64,000 nt of DNA from Octopus bimaculoides (Eukaryota). Position numbers and translations under genes: made by a program. The notes under the pieces are model-generated. The model made no database searches. It had not been told where the DNA came from and saw only the letters and a program-made list of their open reading frames with translations. The stretch lies in NCBI RefSeq assembly GCF_001194135.2, contig NC_068984.1:15169425-15233424 (forward strand), given 5' to 3'. Every line of letters starts with the position of its first letter. Within the stretch, counting starts at the first letter, position 1. Positions 1 to 13,834 of the stretch are shown one piece after another.

Positions 1-1732
1 CTATATATAGGTTGTTTATATACAGATGGTTGGGTTGGGGTGACAATGCCTATGGATTGATCTTTTGTATTACTTTCTCCTTTTGTAAATCTTGATCATG
101 TTTTGTCATTGTTGTTTGGGTGAGTCCTGATTGAGCAGAACTATAATCAAAATCATTCTGTCTATTTTTAAGACAGCAGAATGTAATATGAGGCAGATTT
201 GACTGTTATTTGTAACAGGTCAATGACCATGTAAATGACCTCTCATAGATTTTGGGACCCTTGCTGGTCTGTGAATATTGAGAGGATGATGACAGAACAA
301 ATAGTTTTCTGTAATGAAGATATTGAATTATTGGAAATAAAATAGCAAATCTTTGTTAATGTGTGTGTGTGTGTGTACATTGAGTGGGGAAATAGCTTTA
401 GACAGCAAAAACAGCTCGGAAGAGAGAGAGAGAGAAAGAGCAAGATGAAATAACAATTACCATGACATGTGAGGGAAAATTGTAGATAGGTGCAGATGTC
501 ACTGTGTGGTAAGAAGTTTCTTCATAACCACATAGTTCAGGTTCAGTCCCACTGCATGGCACCATGGGCTGGTGTCTTCTATTATAGCCTCGGGCTGACC
601 AACGTGGATTTGGTAGATGGAAACTGAAAGAAACCCATCAAATATATGTATAGTCTGTCCATAGCACTTACTCAGCATTACCTGACACCTTTGGGTCTTC
701 TTGACACCATTACCTCCCATAACCTATATATATATATATATATATATNNNNNNNNNNNNNNNNNNNNNNNNNNNNNNNNNNNNNNNNNNNNNNNNNNNNN
801 NNNNNNNNNNNNNNNNNNNNNNNNNNNNNNNNNNNNNNNNNNNNNNNNNNNNNNNNNNNNNNNNNNNNNNNNNNNNNNNNNNNNNNNNNNNNNNNNNNNN
901 NNNNNNNNNNNNNNNNNNNNNNNNNNNNNNNNNNNNNNNNNNNNNNNNNNNNNNNNNNNNNNNNNNNNNNNNNNNNNNNNNNNNNNNNNNNNNNNNNNNN
1001 NNNNNNNNNNNNNNNNNNNNNNNNNNNNNNNNNNNNNNNNNNNNNNNNNNNNNNNNNNNNNNNNNNNNNNNNNNNNNNNNNNNNNNNNNNNNNNNNNNNN
1101 NNNNNNNNNNNNNNNNNNNNNNNNNNNNNNNNNNNNNNNNNNNNNNNNNNNNNNNNNNNNNNNNNNNNNNNNNNNNNNNNNNNNNNNNNNNNNNNNNNNN
1201 NNNNNNNNNNNNNNNNNNNNNNNNNNNNNNNNNNNNNNNNNNNNNNNNNNNNNNNNNNNNNNNNNNNNNNNNNNNNNNNNNNNNNNNNNNNNNNNNNNNN
1301 NNNNNNNNNNNNNNNNNNNNNNNNNNNNNNNNNNNNNNNNNNNNNNNNNNNNNNNNNNNNNNNNNNNNNNNNNNNNNNNNNNNNNNNNNNNNNNNNNNNN
1401 NNNNNNNNNNNNNNNNNNNNNNNNNNNNNNNCATATAATATTATACAATGTTCTCTCTCTGCTAGATAAAGACCATAAGATGCATGATTCTCTTTACTGC
1501 TGAATGGAGTGAGGGTCTGGGGGTGGGTCTGTGGTTTATGTGTCCCTGTTGCATGTGTAAAGTGAATGAAATTGGCTGAAGACAAAAAACCAAGGAATAT
1601 TTAGGACAAAGTGATGAAGATGTATTTGAAGCTGTTGCATCTCAAAGAGATGGCAAAAAGACTGTGGATTGGCGGCACACTGTGCAGAGATTGTGGAACA
1701 TACAGTTCTATATTTAAGATATGAGGAATTAT

Positions 1733-1948
1733 GTACATTATTTACATTTGACGGATATTTGTCCTCATCGTGTTTCTTGCTAACATAACGTTTCGGCTGA
1801 TATACCCTCCAGCCTTCATCAGGTGTTTTGGGGAAATTTCGAACCTGGGTTCTCATTCCTAAGGTATTTTTCGATATTATTATTATCATTATTATTATTA
1901 TTCAGGTCACTGCCTAGAATCAAACTTAGAATTTTGGGGTTAGTAGCC
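1733..1948 (-). mobile_element. Second family E copy, 5'-truncated within the tRNA head
   Basis: Reverse complement matches 61203-61405; hammerhead-like motif at 1782-1827. Confidence 0.78.
1782..1827 (-). ncRNA. Minimal type I hammerhead ribozyme-like motif (Penelope-type)
   Basis: Minus strand reads AACAC CTGATGA A GGCTG GAGGGTATAT CAGCC GAAACGT T ATGTT: CUGANGA core, perfect 5-bp stem II, GAAA, palindromic ACGU stem III, and stem I with one mismatch. Confidence 0.6.
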
Positions 1949-2183
1949 TCCGTCAAATGTAAATAATATATTGTGGAAAATATTTTTGTCAAGGCATTGT
2001 CCAGGCATTGTGGAACATGTTTTTGTGTATATGTATGCATATGTATATATGTATATGTGTCTAAGTATCTATATGCATATTTAGGCTTGTATGATACATA
2101 CAAACTTATATGCTTATAGGTAAATGTATGTGTGAGTGTGTATGTGTATGTGTGTGTGTGTGTGTGGGTGTGTNNNNNNNNNN

Positions 2184-2218
<35 letters not shown>

Positions 2219-5200
2219 ATATATATTATATTTATGAATTGTTAGAAGTTCATAAATCCCAAAAAGAAGTACCTATATGGCTAAGTGCTTTATAGGTATG
2301 AAACCAGTGGTCACTCTCTGACCAGCCATAGCAATCAGCTTCCTAAATACACACACACACACGTGTGTGTGTGTATTTGTTGTGATGGTATATGTCCACG
2401 TGTGTGTATGCACATACAAAGTGTTATGGCTACATTTTTGACCCTCCCCCCATATAGCTTCTAATACCCCTATCACTCACCTGTCCATACCCCTGTTGCT
2501 CTTCACTGTATTACTCATGTCTCTAGTGTTTATGCCTCTATTGCTCATCTCTCATCCGAACTCTTCTCAGATGCTGATGTAACTAAAGATAACACTGGAT
2601 CTCCTTTGGCTCACCATACATTGCTTCTAATGTAACTAGAAATGCCATGACCCTCCCTCCAGTATTCCATCCTTTCCTCCCTCACTGTCATGACTCCAGT
2701 TCTCTCGCCATCTTGAGGCAATCCCCAGGGGATCTCGTCACATATGTATATACCTCACACACCCTATCTGTGTTCCTCCCTGGCTGTTTGGAACTGACAT
2801 CCATTATTCACTCTTGCCATTTATCCACTTCTTGCTGCCAATCACTCTCTCTCTCCCCCATCCTCTCTAATGCTAGTGCCATGATAAAATGTACTCAATA
2901 CACTCTGTTGTGTGTAGAGTTGTGAAGATTCCACAGAAGACATAGCAGCCTGTTTGGTGCTGGTACCTTTAAAATATGCACCCACTACATTCTGTAAAGT
3001 TGCTGGTGTTAGGAAAGGTGTCAAGCTGAGGAAACAAAGCCAAAGATTAAACTTGTGAGTGAAGTGTGGTTCCCTGACCCATCGTGTAGAATAGAAATAA
3101 CCCATTTAACCCTACCCATATGGGCAGGGTTCCCTCTCCCCTTTTCCTTCCTCCATACACTCCTACAAATTCTCTGTCCCCACCCTGACTCACTTTGTAC
3201 TTTCAGATGCCCCCTGGACACCTCATCATGACTATTTGACTCTTTGCCGCTGCTAATAATTCATATCTAATTCTCCCCTAAATGAGAGTAGCCATGTTGC
3301 TCCTCTGGAACTAGAACCTACTCTGCCCCAACCCCTTTTTACATACCTTAAGCCCTATCTGCAAGCATAACGTCCCACCTCTCAGGTCTTATAGGCTTGT
3401 CAGCTGCCTGGCAACCTTACTAGTGCTAGTGGCACAAGAAAAGCACCCAGTATATATTGTGAAGTGTTTGGCATTAGAAAGGGCATCCAGCCATAGAAAC
3501 CATGCCAAAGCAGACATTGAAGCATGATGCAGTCCCTGGNNNNNNNNNNNNNNNNNNNNNNNNNNNNNNNNNNNNNNNNNNNNNNNNNNNNNNNNNNNNN
3601 NNNNNNNNNNNNNNNNNNNNNNNNNNNNNNNNNNNNNNNNNNNNNNNNNNNNNNNNNNNNNNNNNNNNNNNNNNNNNNNNNNNNNNNNNNNNNNNNNNNN
3701 NNNNNNNNNNNNNNNNNNNNNNNNNNNNNNNNNNNNNNNNNNNNNNNNNNNNNNNNNNNNNNNNNNNNNNNNNNNNNNNNNNNNNNNNNNNNNNNNNNNN
3801 NNNNNNNNNNNNNNNNNNNNNNNNNNNNNNNNNNNNNNNNNNNNNNNNNNNNNNNNNNNNNNNNNNNNNNNNNNNNNNNNNNNNNNNNNNNNNNNNNNNN
3901 NNNNNNNNNNNNNNNNNNNNNNNNNNNNNNNNNNNNNNNNNNNNNNNNNNNNNNNNNNNNNNNNNNNNNNNNNNNNNNNNNNNNNNNNNNNNNNNNNNNN
4001 NNNNNNNNNNNNNNNNNNNNNNNNNNNNNNNNNNNNNNNNNNNNNNNNNNNNNNNNNNNNNNNNNNNNNNNNNNNNNNNNNNNNNNNNNNNNNNNNNNNN
4101 NNNNNNNNNNNNNNNNNNNNNNNNNNNNNNNNNNNNNNNNNNNNNNNNNNNNNNNNNNNNNNNNNNNNNNNNNNNNNNNNNNNNNNNNNNNNNNNNNNNN
4201 NNNNNNNNNNNNNNNNGTTGACATATACACCTTTCTGTAGTGACACTGTTCATCACAGTTTCTACACCTGGCTTAATGAATATGAACAGTTGTGACAAGA
4301 ATGATGTTTGATGCATAGAAATCAAAGACTGTGATTGTTGTTATAGGTTGCAACCAAGATGTTATCATGAATAGCTTTAATTTGATGAGATTTGTCTGGT
4401 AACAACATCATGGCTGCTATTGAGCCTTTTGTTGGCACGTAGAAAATACCATTCGAGCATGGCCGATGCCAGTGCCACCTGACTGGCACCCATGCTAGTG
4501 TCGTGTAAAGAGCACCCACTATACTCACAGAGTGGTTCATGTTAGAAAGGGCATCCAGCTGTAGAAACCTTGCCAAGTCAGACTGGAGCCTGGTGCAGCT
4601 TCCTGGCCTGCTAGTTCTTATTCAAACCGTCCAACACATACTAGCATGGAAAGCAGACGTTAAATGACAATGATATTATACATATATGTAATTCAAATTT
4701 ATAGATAAACAATGATGAAGACAGGTGTAGGAACAACAAGCAAGTGTATTAGTGTAACACTCGGGAAAAAATGGAAAGGTCTTTTATGTTTCAAGCCCAC
4801 ACTCTTTGACAAAAAGAGAAAATAAATAGAGAGAGAATGAAAAAAAATATGTTGAGTTCAGTGGTCCAATAATATTACAGTGATGTGCAGACATTCACAG
4901 TTATAGAGAAATCAACACTTGAAGAGACAGCTCAAGATTATGACTTATTGCAGTTTCGTTTGGTAAATTGTTAAAATCAAAGTAAAGCTTACTTGTAATA
5001 CTATTATTGATATATCTCCAGAAATGGAGATGATGGTAGGAGAGGATAATGTATGATAAGGTGGGGGTGAAGGGAGGCGATAGTGGGGATTGGTCTAGTT
5101 CACTAGGTCGTAAAATAAAACAAACCAGAATACAAAAGTCAATTGTGTAGACATGACATAAAATAAGAAAAATATATTAAGACAGAAAGAAATGGAAATA

Positions 5201-5255
5201 TATGAGGGTTGTATAAACACATTTACACATAGATACATAAATTCTAAGACAAGAT

Positions 5256-5900
5256 AGGCGCAGGAGTGGCTGTGTGGTAAGAAGCTTGCTGTGTGGCGGC
5301 GAGCTGGCTGAAACGTTAGCACACAGGGCGAAATGCTTAGCCGTATTTCGTCTGCCGTTATGTTCTGAGTTCAGATTCCGCCGAGGTCGACTTTACCTTT
5401 CATCCTTTCGAGGTCGATAAATTAAGTACCAGTTATGTACTGGGGTCGATGTAATCAACTTAATCCCTTTGTCTGTCCTTGTTTGCCCCCTTTATGTTTA
5501 GCCCCTTGTGGGCAATAAAGAAATAAGAAGCTTGCTTCCCAACCACGTGGTTCTGGGTTCAGCCCCACTGCGTGGCACCTTGGGCAAGTGTCTTCTACTA
5601 TAGCATCGGACCAACCAAAGTCTTGTGAGTGGATTTGGTAGATGGAAACTAAAAGAAGCCCATTGTATATCTATATCTGTGTGTGTGTGTGTCTGTGTTT
5701 GTCCTCCCCACCCAATCACCACTTGAGAACTGGTGTTGGTGTGTTTACATCCCTGTAACTTAGCAGTTCAGCAAAAGTAACCAATAGAATAAGTACCAGG
5801 CTTAAATAAAGAAGTACTGGTGTTGATTCATTTGACTAAAAATTCGAAGCAGTGCCCCAGCATGGCCACAGTCTAATGACTGAAACAGGTAAAAGATAAA
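5256..5900 (+). mobile_element. Family A SINE interrupted by a family B SINE (5291-5523)
   Basis: TAAGAAGCTTGCT is duplicated at 5278-5290 and 5524-5536, and the family A sequence resumes seamlessly after the insert. Confidence 0.85.
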
Positions 5901-7531
5901 AGATATGAATGTACCATATTTTTGCTCGTGTATGAGGCACACTGCTTTATACTTGACTTTAAGTGAAGAAACTGGAGTACATGTACATGAGAAAAAGTGT
6001 GAATCCAGTATGCCTTAAATCCAGGTTTTGTCCCCATTAATGGGGGTGGCTGGATCTACCTCAATGCCATAGCAACCAAGGTAGGCAGGTGCACCCACCC
6101 CAACCTTTGTGCTGGCTGATGCCCATTCTCCTTTGCTGTCATGAGGCTTTTTTGGAGCTGGATTTTCTATGGGGAGTGGGCCACCTGACTGGCTCCCATG
6201 CCGGTAGCATGTAAAAAGCATCATTCGAGCATGGTCAATGCCAGTGCCGCCTAACTGGTTCCCATGCCAGTGACACGTAAAAAGCACCTACTACACACTT
6301 GGAGTAGTTGACGTTAGGAAGAGCATCCAGCTGTAGAAACTTTGCCAAATTGGATTGGAGCCTGGTGCAGCCTCCTGGCTTGCCAGTCCTCAGTCAAACC
6401 ATCAAACCCATGCCAGCATGGAAAGCGGACGTTATACAACAATGCTGAAGATGATGATTGATTATATGTTATACTGAAAGAATAATCCAAATGCTAAAGA
6501 GTTAAGTATATGACTTTCACACAAATGCAACTTATATACAAGTAAATATGATAATTGGAACATTTATCTTTCCGTTTCGGAGAAAGCCACTAAGTGTCAA
6601 TTATCTGAACATATAGTTTAATAAACAGTTGGTGGCTTATTCAATATGACGCAACGAATACAATTAGGTTGATAACATGTTATTTGTTAATCATTTAACT
6701 TAATTGGTTTAGTTATAAAAGGAGTAGGTTCAAAGACAATACGTTATTTCAAAATGGTTAATTATAGAGTTGATCAAAACCTGTGAGGTTTTAACTTGAG
6801 CAATTACATTAAAAAAATGTGTTCTAGCTAGATTTAGGTGAATGAATTATGCTTTGGCATACAGGAGGGGGTGCTGAGAAGTTCCTCGCTTTGGGTAAAA
6901 AGGATAGACGCATTAAATAACAGTCGTAAATATACTCTTTTCTACTCTAGGCCTGAAATTTTGGGCGAAGGGGGCCAGTCGATTAGATCAACTCCAGTAT
7001 ACAACTGATACTTAATTTATCGACCCTAAAAGGATGAAAAGCATAGTTGACCTCGGCAGAATTTGAACTCAGAATTTTAACTACTCTAGGCCTGAAATTT
7101 TGGGGGATGGGGGCCAGTCGATTAGATCAAACCATTAAGTGACAGGGACGTAAGCACACCAGCATCGGTTGTCAAGCGATGCTGGAGGGACAAACACAGA
7201 TACACAAACATATACATACATACACACACATATATATATAAATATATATATATATACACTATGGGCTTCTTTCAGTTTCCATCTACCAAATCCACTCACA
7301 AGGCTTTGGTCGGCCTGAGGCTATAGTAGAAGACACTCGCCCAAGGTGCCACGCAGTAGGACTGAACTCAGAACTGTGTAGTTGGTTAGCAAGCTACTTA
7401 CCACACAGCCATATCTGTGTTTGCACTAATGTGAGTGAAAAAGAAAATAATGAAGATTTGCTTGAATTCAAATGAAATATGCATGCAAGTACTGCAAATA
7501 TGCAGTGCTTGCACTCATATTTGAATAAATG

Positions 7532-7567
<36 letters not shown>

Positions 7568-7916
7568 CTTACAACCCACTCATCCAGAGACAAAACTAAC
7601 AAAATGTTTTAACGAAATACATTTTTCGATATTTTCCTATCCTGTCACCGAGATCACTGTTATAAGAGAAGATCTTGGCCAACATAGAAAAAGATGGCAG
7701 AAGATTATCTTGGAAGTTTGTTACTTTTTTTCTAAGCAATCAGTATAAATAGAGTTTCAAGTATTAGTCAGATTATATTAGTTTGAGCACTGTCTGTAAA
7801 GCCCCTCTCTAAGTCATATAATGCTAAGAAATTAAAAGCTTGTCTCTAATATCAGCTTAAATCAGACATTATATTGTTATTATACAACAATAAACATGGG
7901 CATAATACATATACAC

Positions 7917-7965
<49 letters not shown>

Positions 7966-9091
7966 NNNNNNNNNNNNNNNNNNNNNNNNNNNNNNNNNNN
8001 NNNNNNNNNNNNNNNNNNNNNNNNNNNNNNNNNNNNNNNNNNNNNNNNNNNNNNNNNNNNNNNNNNNNNNNNNNNNNNNNNNNNNNNNNNNNNNNNNNNN
8101 NNNNNNNNNNNNNNNNNNNNNNNNNNNNNNNNNNNNNNNNNNNNNNNNNNNNNNNNNNNNNNNNNNNNNNNNNNNNNNNNNNNNNNNNNNNNNNNNNNNN
8201 NNNNNNNNNNNNNNNNNNNNNNNNNNNNNNNNNNNNNNNNNNNNNNNNNNNNNNNNNNNNNNNNNNNNNNNNNNNNNNNNNNNNNNNNNNNNNNNNNNNN
8301 NNNNNNNNNNNNNNNNNNNNNNNNNNNNNNNNNNNNNNNNNNNNNNNNNNNNNNNNNNNNNNNNNNNNNNNNNNNNNNNNNNNNNNNNNNNNNNNNNNNN
8401 NNNNNNNNNNNNNNNNNNNNNNNNNNNNNNNNNNNNNNNNNNNNNNNNNNNNNNNNNNNNNNNNNNNNNNNNNNNNNNNGTGCGTGCGTGCGTGCGTGCG
8501 TGCGGTGAATTTTTGGAGGCTTGGTTAGAAGGAAAAAGGAAGACGTGTGTAGATAGTAGCTGAACTGATAAGGTTAGGGATTTTTGGTATATTTGTTCAC
8601 GAAATCACATTGTGACAGATATTGTATTACACACTCCACATAAATCGTTTTACATACATCATTAGACCGTCTACAAAAAAAAAAAAAGGTATAAATCACA
8701 TTGCAAGCTTTTGTCATCATCATCATCATCATTTTAACATCCACTTTTCCATGCCTGCAGACGTCAGGCAGAGTATGTAGTCAAGACAAGAAGACACAGA
8801 TGCTTATGCACTCACACAAGCACATAAATATATGTAATGTACATAGAGAGCAAACAATATAAATTTGCATTTATCATCATTTCTTTCACACACACACACA
8901 TGCATAACAGGCTTCTTTTAGTTTCCATCGACCAAATCCACTCAGAAGACTTTTGTTCGCCTGGGTCTATAATAGAAGACATTTGCCCAAGGAGCCATGC
9001 TGTGGAGCTGAATCCAAAACCATGAGATAAGGAAGCAAACTTTTTGTCACACAGCCATGTCGATGCCTATTTATTGAATAATATTTGAAAG

Positions 9092-9329
9092 AGGGCAATG
9101 AGCTGGCAGAAACGTTAGCACGCCAGGTGAGATGCTTAGCTATATTTCATCTGTTGTTACGTTCTGAGTTCAAATTCCGCCAAGGTCGACTTTGCCTTTC
9201 ATCCTTTTGGGGTCGATTAAATAAGTACCAGCTACACACCGGGGTCAATGTAATCGACTTAAACCCTTTGCCTGTCCTTGTTTGTCCCCTCTATGTTTGT
9301 TAGCCTCCTGTGGGCAATAAAGAAATAAG
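9092..9329 (+). mobile_element. tRNA-derived SINE family B (~235 bp) with a Meta/MESC-like central domain
   Basis: gagttcaaattcc B box; ggtcgactttgcctttcatccttttggggtcgattaaataagtacca; TSD TATTTGAAAG at 9082-9091 and 9330-9339. Other copies at about 6935-7075, 15711-15880, 36900-37085, 38450-38670, 38693-38915, 50930-51105 and 53468-53590. The domain name is from memory, not from an alignment. Confidence 0.8.
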
Positions 9330-11715
9330 TATTTGAAAGTGAAATATGGTTGAAAAGATGGTCTTGGATTTGATCCTGATGCAGCACCTTTAGTATCTAT
9401 TATCTAGCATAGCCTTGGATTGACTCAAATGAAATTAAGTAGGTAAGAAATTAGCAGGTGACTGTTGGGGGGGTCTTGTCTTGCAAGTTATTTGGTGACC
9501 TTACTAGTGCTGGTGCAACATAAAAAGCACTCAGTACATGATCTTAATTTGTAAACTTAATTTTTTGCCTGGTTTAAGACGAGGTCATTATATGGCAAAA
9601 ATTCAGATGAGATCTGCCAGGTTTCCTATGGGTTGTGGTTCCTTCTTCCCTTCTCCCTACCAGTCTTCAAGGCTCCTGTAAAAATGTCAGGAGTATTGCC
9701 TCGCCTTTTCTAAATCATAAAAAAATATTTGAAAGAGAAAGATAAAAAGGTAAACGTCTTTTAGAACTTCCTGAGGCACATGAAGAACAGTGTTTAGAGC
9801 ACAAAGTAACCTAATCTCCTTCAGTATAATTAAAACACAATTACAACACATATCAAGTAAACTAATACAACACAAAACCCCCAGCTGACTCATGAATACT
9901 GCACAGCTAAAGCCTATTTACATAGTAACTCACCCAGCTAGAAACAGCAGCTAAATCTACATTGAACCACACCATCCTAGATGGAGGAAAGGATATTTGT
10001 GGGATGGGATGGGGTATATACACACACACACACACACACACACAACTAGCTGCCACAGTTTCCATCAAGCAAACTCCATTTACAAAGCATGGTTCAGCTC
10101 CATTCTGTAGTCAAAAGACTATTGTCTAAAGTACTGTTTAGTGGTGGAACCAAATGTGGAGCCACCTGATTGTGAAGAAAATTTCTTAACTATGCAACAA
10201 ACGTGATGTAGTACGTAGAAACTTGGTTTAATATATCAGAGCAGGAAATCACCCTGAATTATCACTGATCTGAATTTAAACAACAACAACAACAATGGCC
10301 CATATCTTGTTGCTGACAACAATGACAACAACAATGGCCCATATCTTGTGGTTGTAAAGCAGCTGAAACAAACGCCCTCACTCACAGATTCATGTTCAAA
10401 TCATGTCAGTAAAAGAAAAAACACAGTTTTGTTCTTCTAAACAAAAATCAACTTTTGGTTGAATTCATAATCTCATTCTTTTTGAACAAATAATATAGAA
10501 AAACAATTTCTTTCTCAAAAACAAAACCATTTTTTAGAAAATTACTAATATCAGCTGAGATCCAGCCATAAAAAATCTGCTTCAATGAATTCCATCTGAT
10601 TCATGAAGAAGTTGGACATTAAAACAATGATGACAATGATGATGAATGCCATGCTGGCTTTTTGCAGAATTTCAGTAGAAATGTTCACATGCAAAATCTT
10701 AGTTGATCAAAGTGTTTGCATTCACTCTACTGCATATGTGAGACCCTATCATTTTTGTATGTATTATGCATAATCCTCCTTTGAAGTGTTTCCTATTAAC
10801 CATATTGTTGTTGTTTATAACCAATGTCACTACATTCCTTCTATTTCTATATATATATTGATTACTCTTGCTCTTGTCAGCTGAGTAAACATAAGACCAA
10901 AACATATGTGTTACTTTCATCAGATAGTTTAAAAGTAAAGATCCATTTTTTTTTCTACATTGAAATTTTCTTGATAATTTAGACAATCAATTAATCTTTT
11001 TGGAGTTACCTCCCTTGTTTATTGCTCTTAGATTTTAAATGCTCTGAGAGGAAATTTTCATCCACTAATTTGCTTTGATAAATTTAGATGAGTAAATTTT
11101 TCAATTATCTATCTATAATATATTTTTTATTTATTATGACCTATTACCTGACTGTTCCACGCACACCTGCTTCTGCCACCACATCCCACCAACTGATAAT
11201 CATAACTGACCATATCCCTACCCATGCTCCCCACTCAATGCATTCCTCTCTAACCGTCTACCACTCCCCTCTCATACTCCCCTGAACTAACCCACCCATA
11301 CAACTTCCCTTTTATTCACCTTCCTGTAACTTGAGGGTATGCCCTGACACATCTGTACCACCATCCTCTTCCTCTTCCAGCTAGGGAAATCATGTATTTC
11401 CCTCACAGTAAGACACTGGTTCTTGTCCCCACTCAATCATACATCAACCTCTCGTCACCCAGCATAAAGCCACCTCCCTCAATACTATTCACAACCCTCT
11501 CAGTTGAGGGGGTCTTGTCTTGCAAGTTCCTTGGTGACCTCACTAGTGCTGACCCAGTACGTTCTGCAAAGTGGTTGGCTTCAGGAAGAACATCCAGTAA
11601 CAGAAACCACGACCAAAGTAGACACTGAAGTTTGATCCTTTCCTCTGGCCTGCCAACTGCTGTCAAACCATCCAACTCATGCCAGCATGGAAAATGAAAC
11701 ATTAAACAATGATCA

Positions 11716-12100
11716 TCATCATCATCTTTTAACGTCCGCTTTCCATGCTAGCATGGGTTGGACGATTTGACTGAGGACTGGTGAACCAGATGGCTACACC
11801 AGGCTCCAATCTGATTTGGCAGAGTTTCTACAGCTGGATGCCCTTCCTAACGCCAACCACTCCGAGAGTGTAGTGGGTGCTTTTTATGTGCCACCGGCAC
11901 GAAGGCCAGTCAGGAGGTACTGGCATCGGCCACGCTCGAAATGGTGTTTTTTACATGCCACCTGCACAGGAGCCAGTCCAGCGGTACTGGCAACAAACTC
12001 ACTCGAATGTCTTTTCACATGCCACTGGCACAAGTGCCAGGAAGGCAACGTTGGTAAAGGTCACGCTCAAATGGTACTATTTACATGCCAATATTTTCCT
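11716..12100 (-). mobile_element. RTE LINE 3' UTR copy (low divergence)
   Basis: Begins with (CAT)n-ttttaacgtccgctttccatgctagcatgggttggacg. It is tail-to-tail with a plus-strand copy at ~11505-11715. Confidence 0.8.
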
Positions 12101-12669
12101 GAGATATTATTTCTCAGCTATATAGAACATGGCACTACAGCATACTTTGATGGTACTTATAACACATTCTGATGTTTCCAAATACATTGTTCCATCTCAG
12201 ATTTGGCTGGAGAAGGCAAGAGGAATATTATGTCTGAATATTCTTCATCTTGTCAATCAAATGCTTTATCATGCAACCAACACAAGATTATTAGTTTATA
12301 ACACTTCATATTTTCTATAACTCATGGTGTCTTGCAGTCTATGTAAATTGAACAAAACAAAATCAACCAGATGTGTTATTGAAATTAATCACTGATTTTC
12401 GGTTGTATCAGTCTATATGTAATTGGGAAAAGTACAATAAAATGTAAATAGTACAGCCTTCCCACCACCACTTCCCTTCTACTAAGCTCCGAAAAATTAT
12501 TCAATATGATATACTGAACAATTCTAAGGAGCTTCATCAGTAGGGGAAGAGTAGTGGCCTGGACTTGAACCTCTAAGATGAGAAGAAGAGAGGAAATAAC
12601 CTTTCGATCAGAAACTGGATTCAAATACTTATGTAAGTAACATTAAAGATCAAATATAGAATATTCATG

Positions 12670-12830
12670 CCAGCACCACATAAAAAGCACCTGTGCCAGT
12701 GCCACATAAAAAAGACCTGTGCTGGTATCACATAAAGAGCATCCATTCTGCTGTCACATAACAAGTACCCATGCCAGTGCCATGTATAAAGCACTCGTAC
12801 CAATTCCACACAAACAGCACCCAGCACACT
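12670..12830 (+). repeat. Degenerate ~22-bp minisatellite inside an RTE 3' UTR
   Basis: About 7 units like gtgccagtgccacataaaaagcacc; similar arrays at ~20520-20670 and ~28925-29110. Confidence 0.75.
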
Positions 12831-12977
12831 CCGTTAAGTTAGGAAGGGCATCCAACCATAGAAACCCTGCCAAACAGACGACTAGAACCTGGTGCAGCCC
12901 TCCAGCCTACAAGCTTCTGTCAAACCATTCAACTCATGCCAGCATGGAAAACGGACGTTAAATGTTGTTGTTGTTGT

Positions 12978-13022
<45 letters not shown>

Positions 13023-13367
13023 CTATAAGAAGGATCCAGGTGAGCTGTTATGGAGATAATGATGCAAATAAACAAATAAACACCCTTGACATATAAAATA
13101 TAGATATATACATATATACATGTAAATATATAAAGGAATAAATAGAGAGAGAGAGAGAAACAAATTCTGAAAATATTCAGAAGATAAACATTTGAGTGTA
13201 AGTCTATCGATATTTATATATTTACAGAAGAGATTTATACGGGTACAAAAGATGCAGAAAATTAAAGGGAGAGGGCATGGCATTCCAGATCTGACAGCTG
13301 TTTCTGAAGGCTTGGAATTATGTAATAGTTGTGATGTTGGGAGATGGAGTGTGCAAAAAGTCAAGAA

Positions 13368-13685
13368 CAGAGGTTCTCAAACTTTTTGGGCCACCGCACC
13401 CCCTCATGGTCACATAATACCCTCAGCACCCCACCCCTATTTTTATGTATATATAAATATTTTATATTTTACTAATTTAATGTATATTATGAATCATTTG
13501 ATATTTAATATAATATTATATAATTTGTATACAGTACTATAATAATATTATAATAAATCCATAGCATTCCCCAATTTACTGCCTTCCTCCCAACGCCTCC
13601 TTTTTCTCTACCGTCCCATTANNNNNNNNNNNNNNNNNNNNNNNNNGGGGGGGGGGGGCAGTAGTGTCCACTTTGAGAACCTGTG
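13368..13685. mobile_element. hAT-type MITE
   Basis: TIRs CAGAGGTTCTCAAA / TTTGAGAACCTGTG (13 of 14 match); perfect 8-bp TSD GTCAAGAA at 13360-13367 and 13686-13693. Confidence 0.9.
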
Positions 13686-13775
13686 GTCAAGAATATGAAA
13701 CCAGTAGTGGATACATATAAACATTACCATAAATCTGGCCTCCCTCTTCAGGGGAGAAATTGACATCTAACATAC

Positions 13776-13834
<59 letters not shown>

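Noticed and set aside
2450-3400. C/T-skewed segments (also ~11150-11500 and ~51240-51900) with short ORFs
   Set aside because: Probably very old retroelement debris; no diagnostic motif allowed classification.
12670-12830. CRISPR-like array of ~22-bp repeats (also ~28925-29110)
   Set aside because: The units are degenerate and adjacent with no unique spacers, they lie inside a LINE 3' UTR, the context is eukaryotic, and there are no cas genes.
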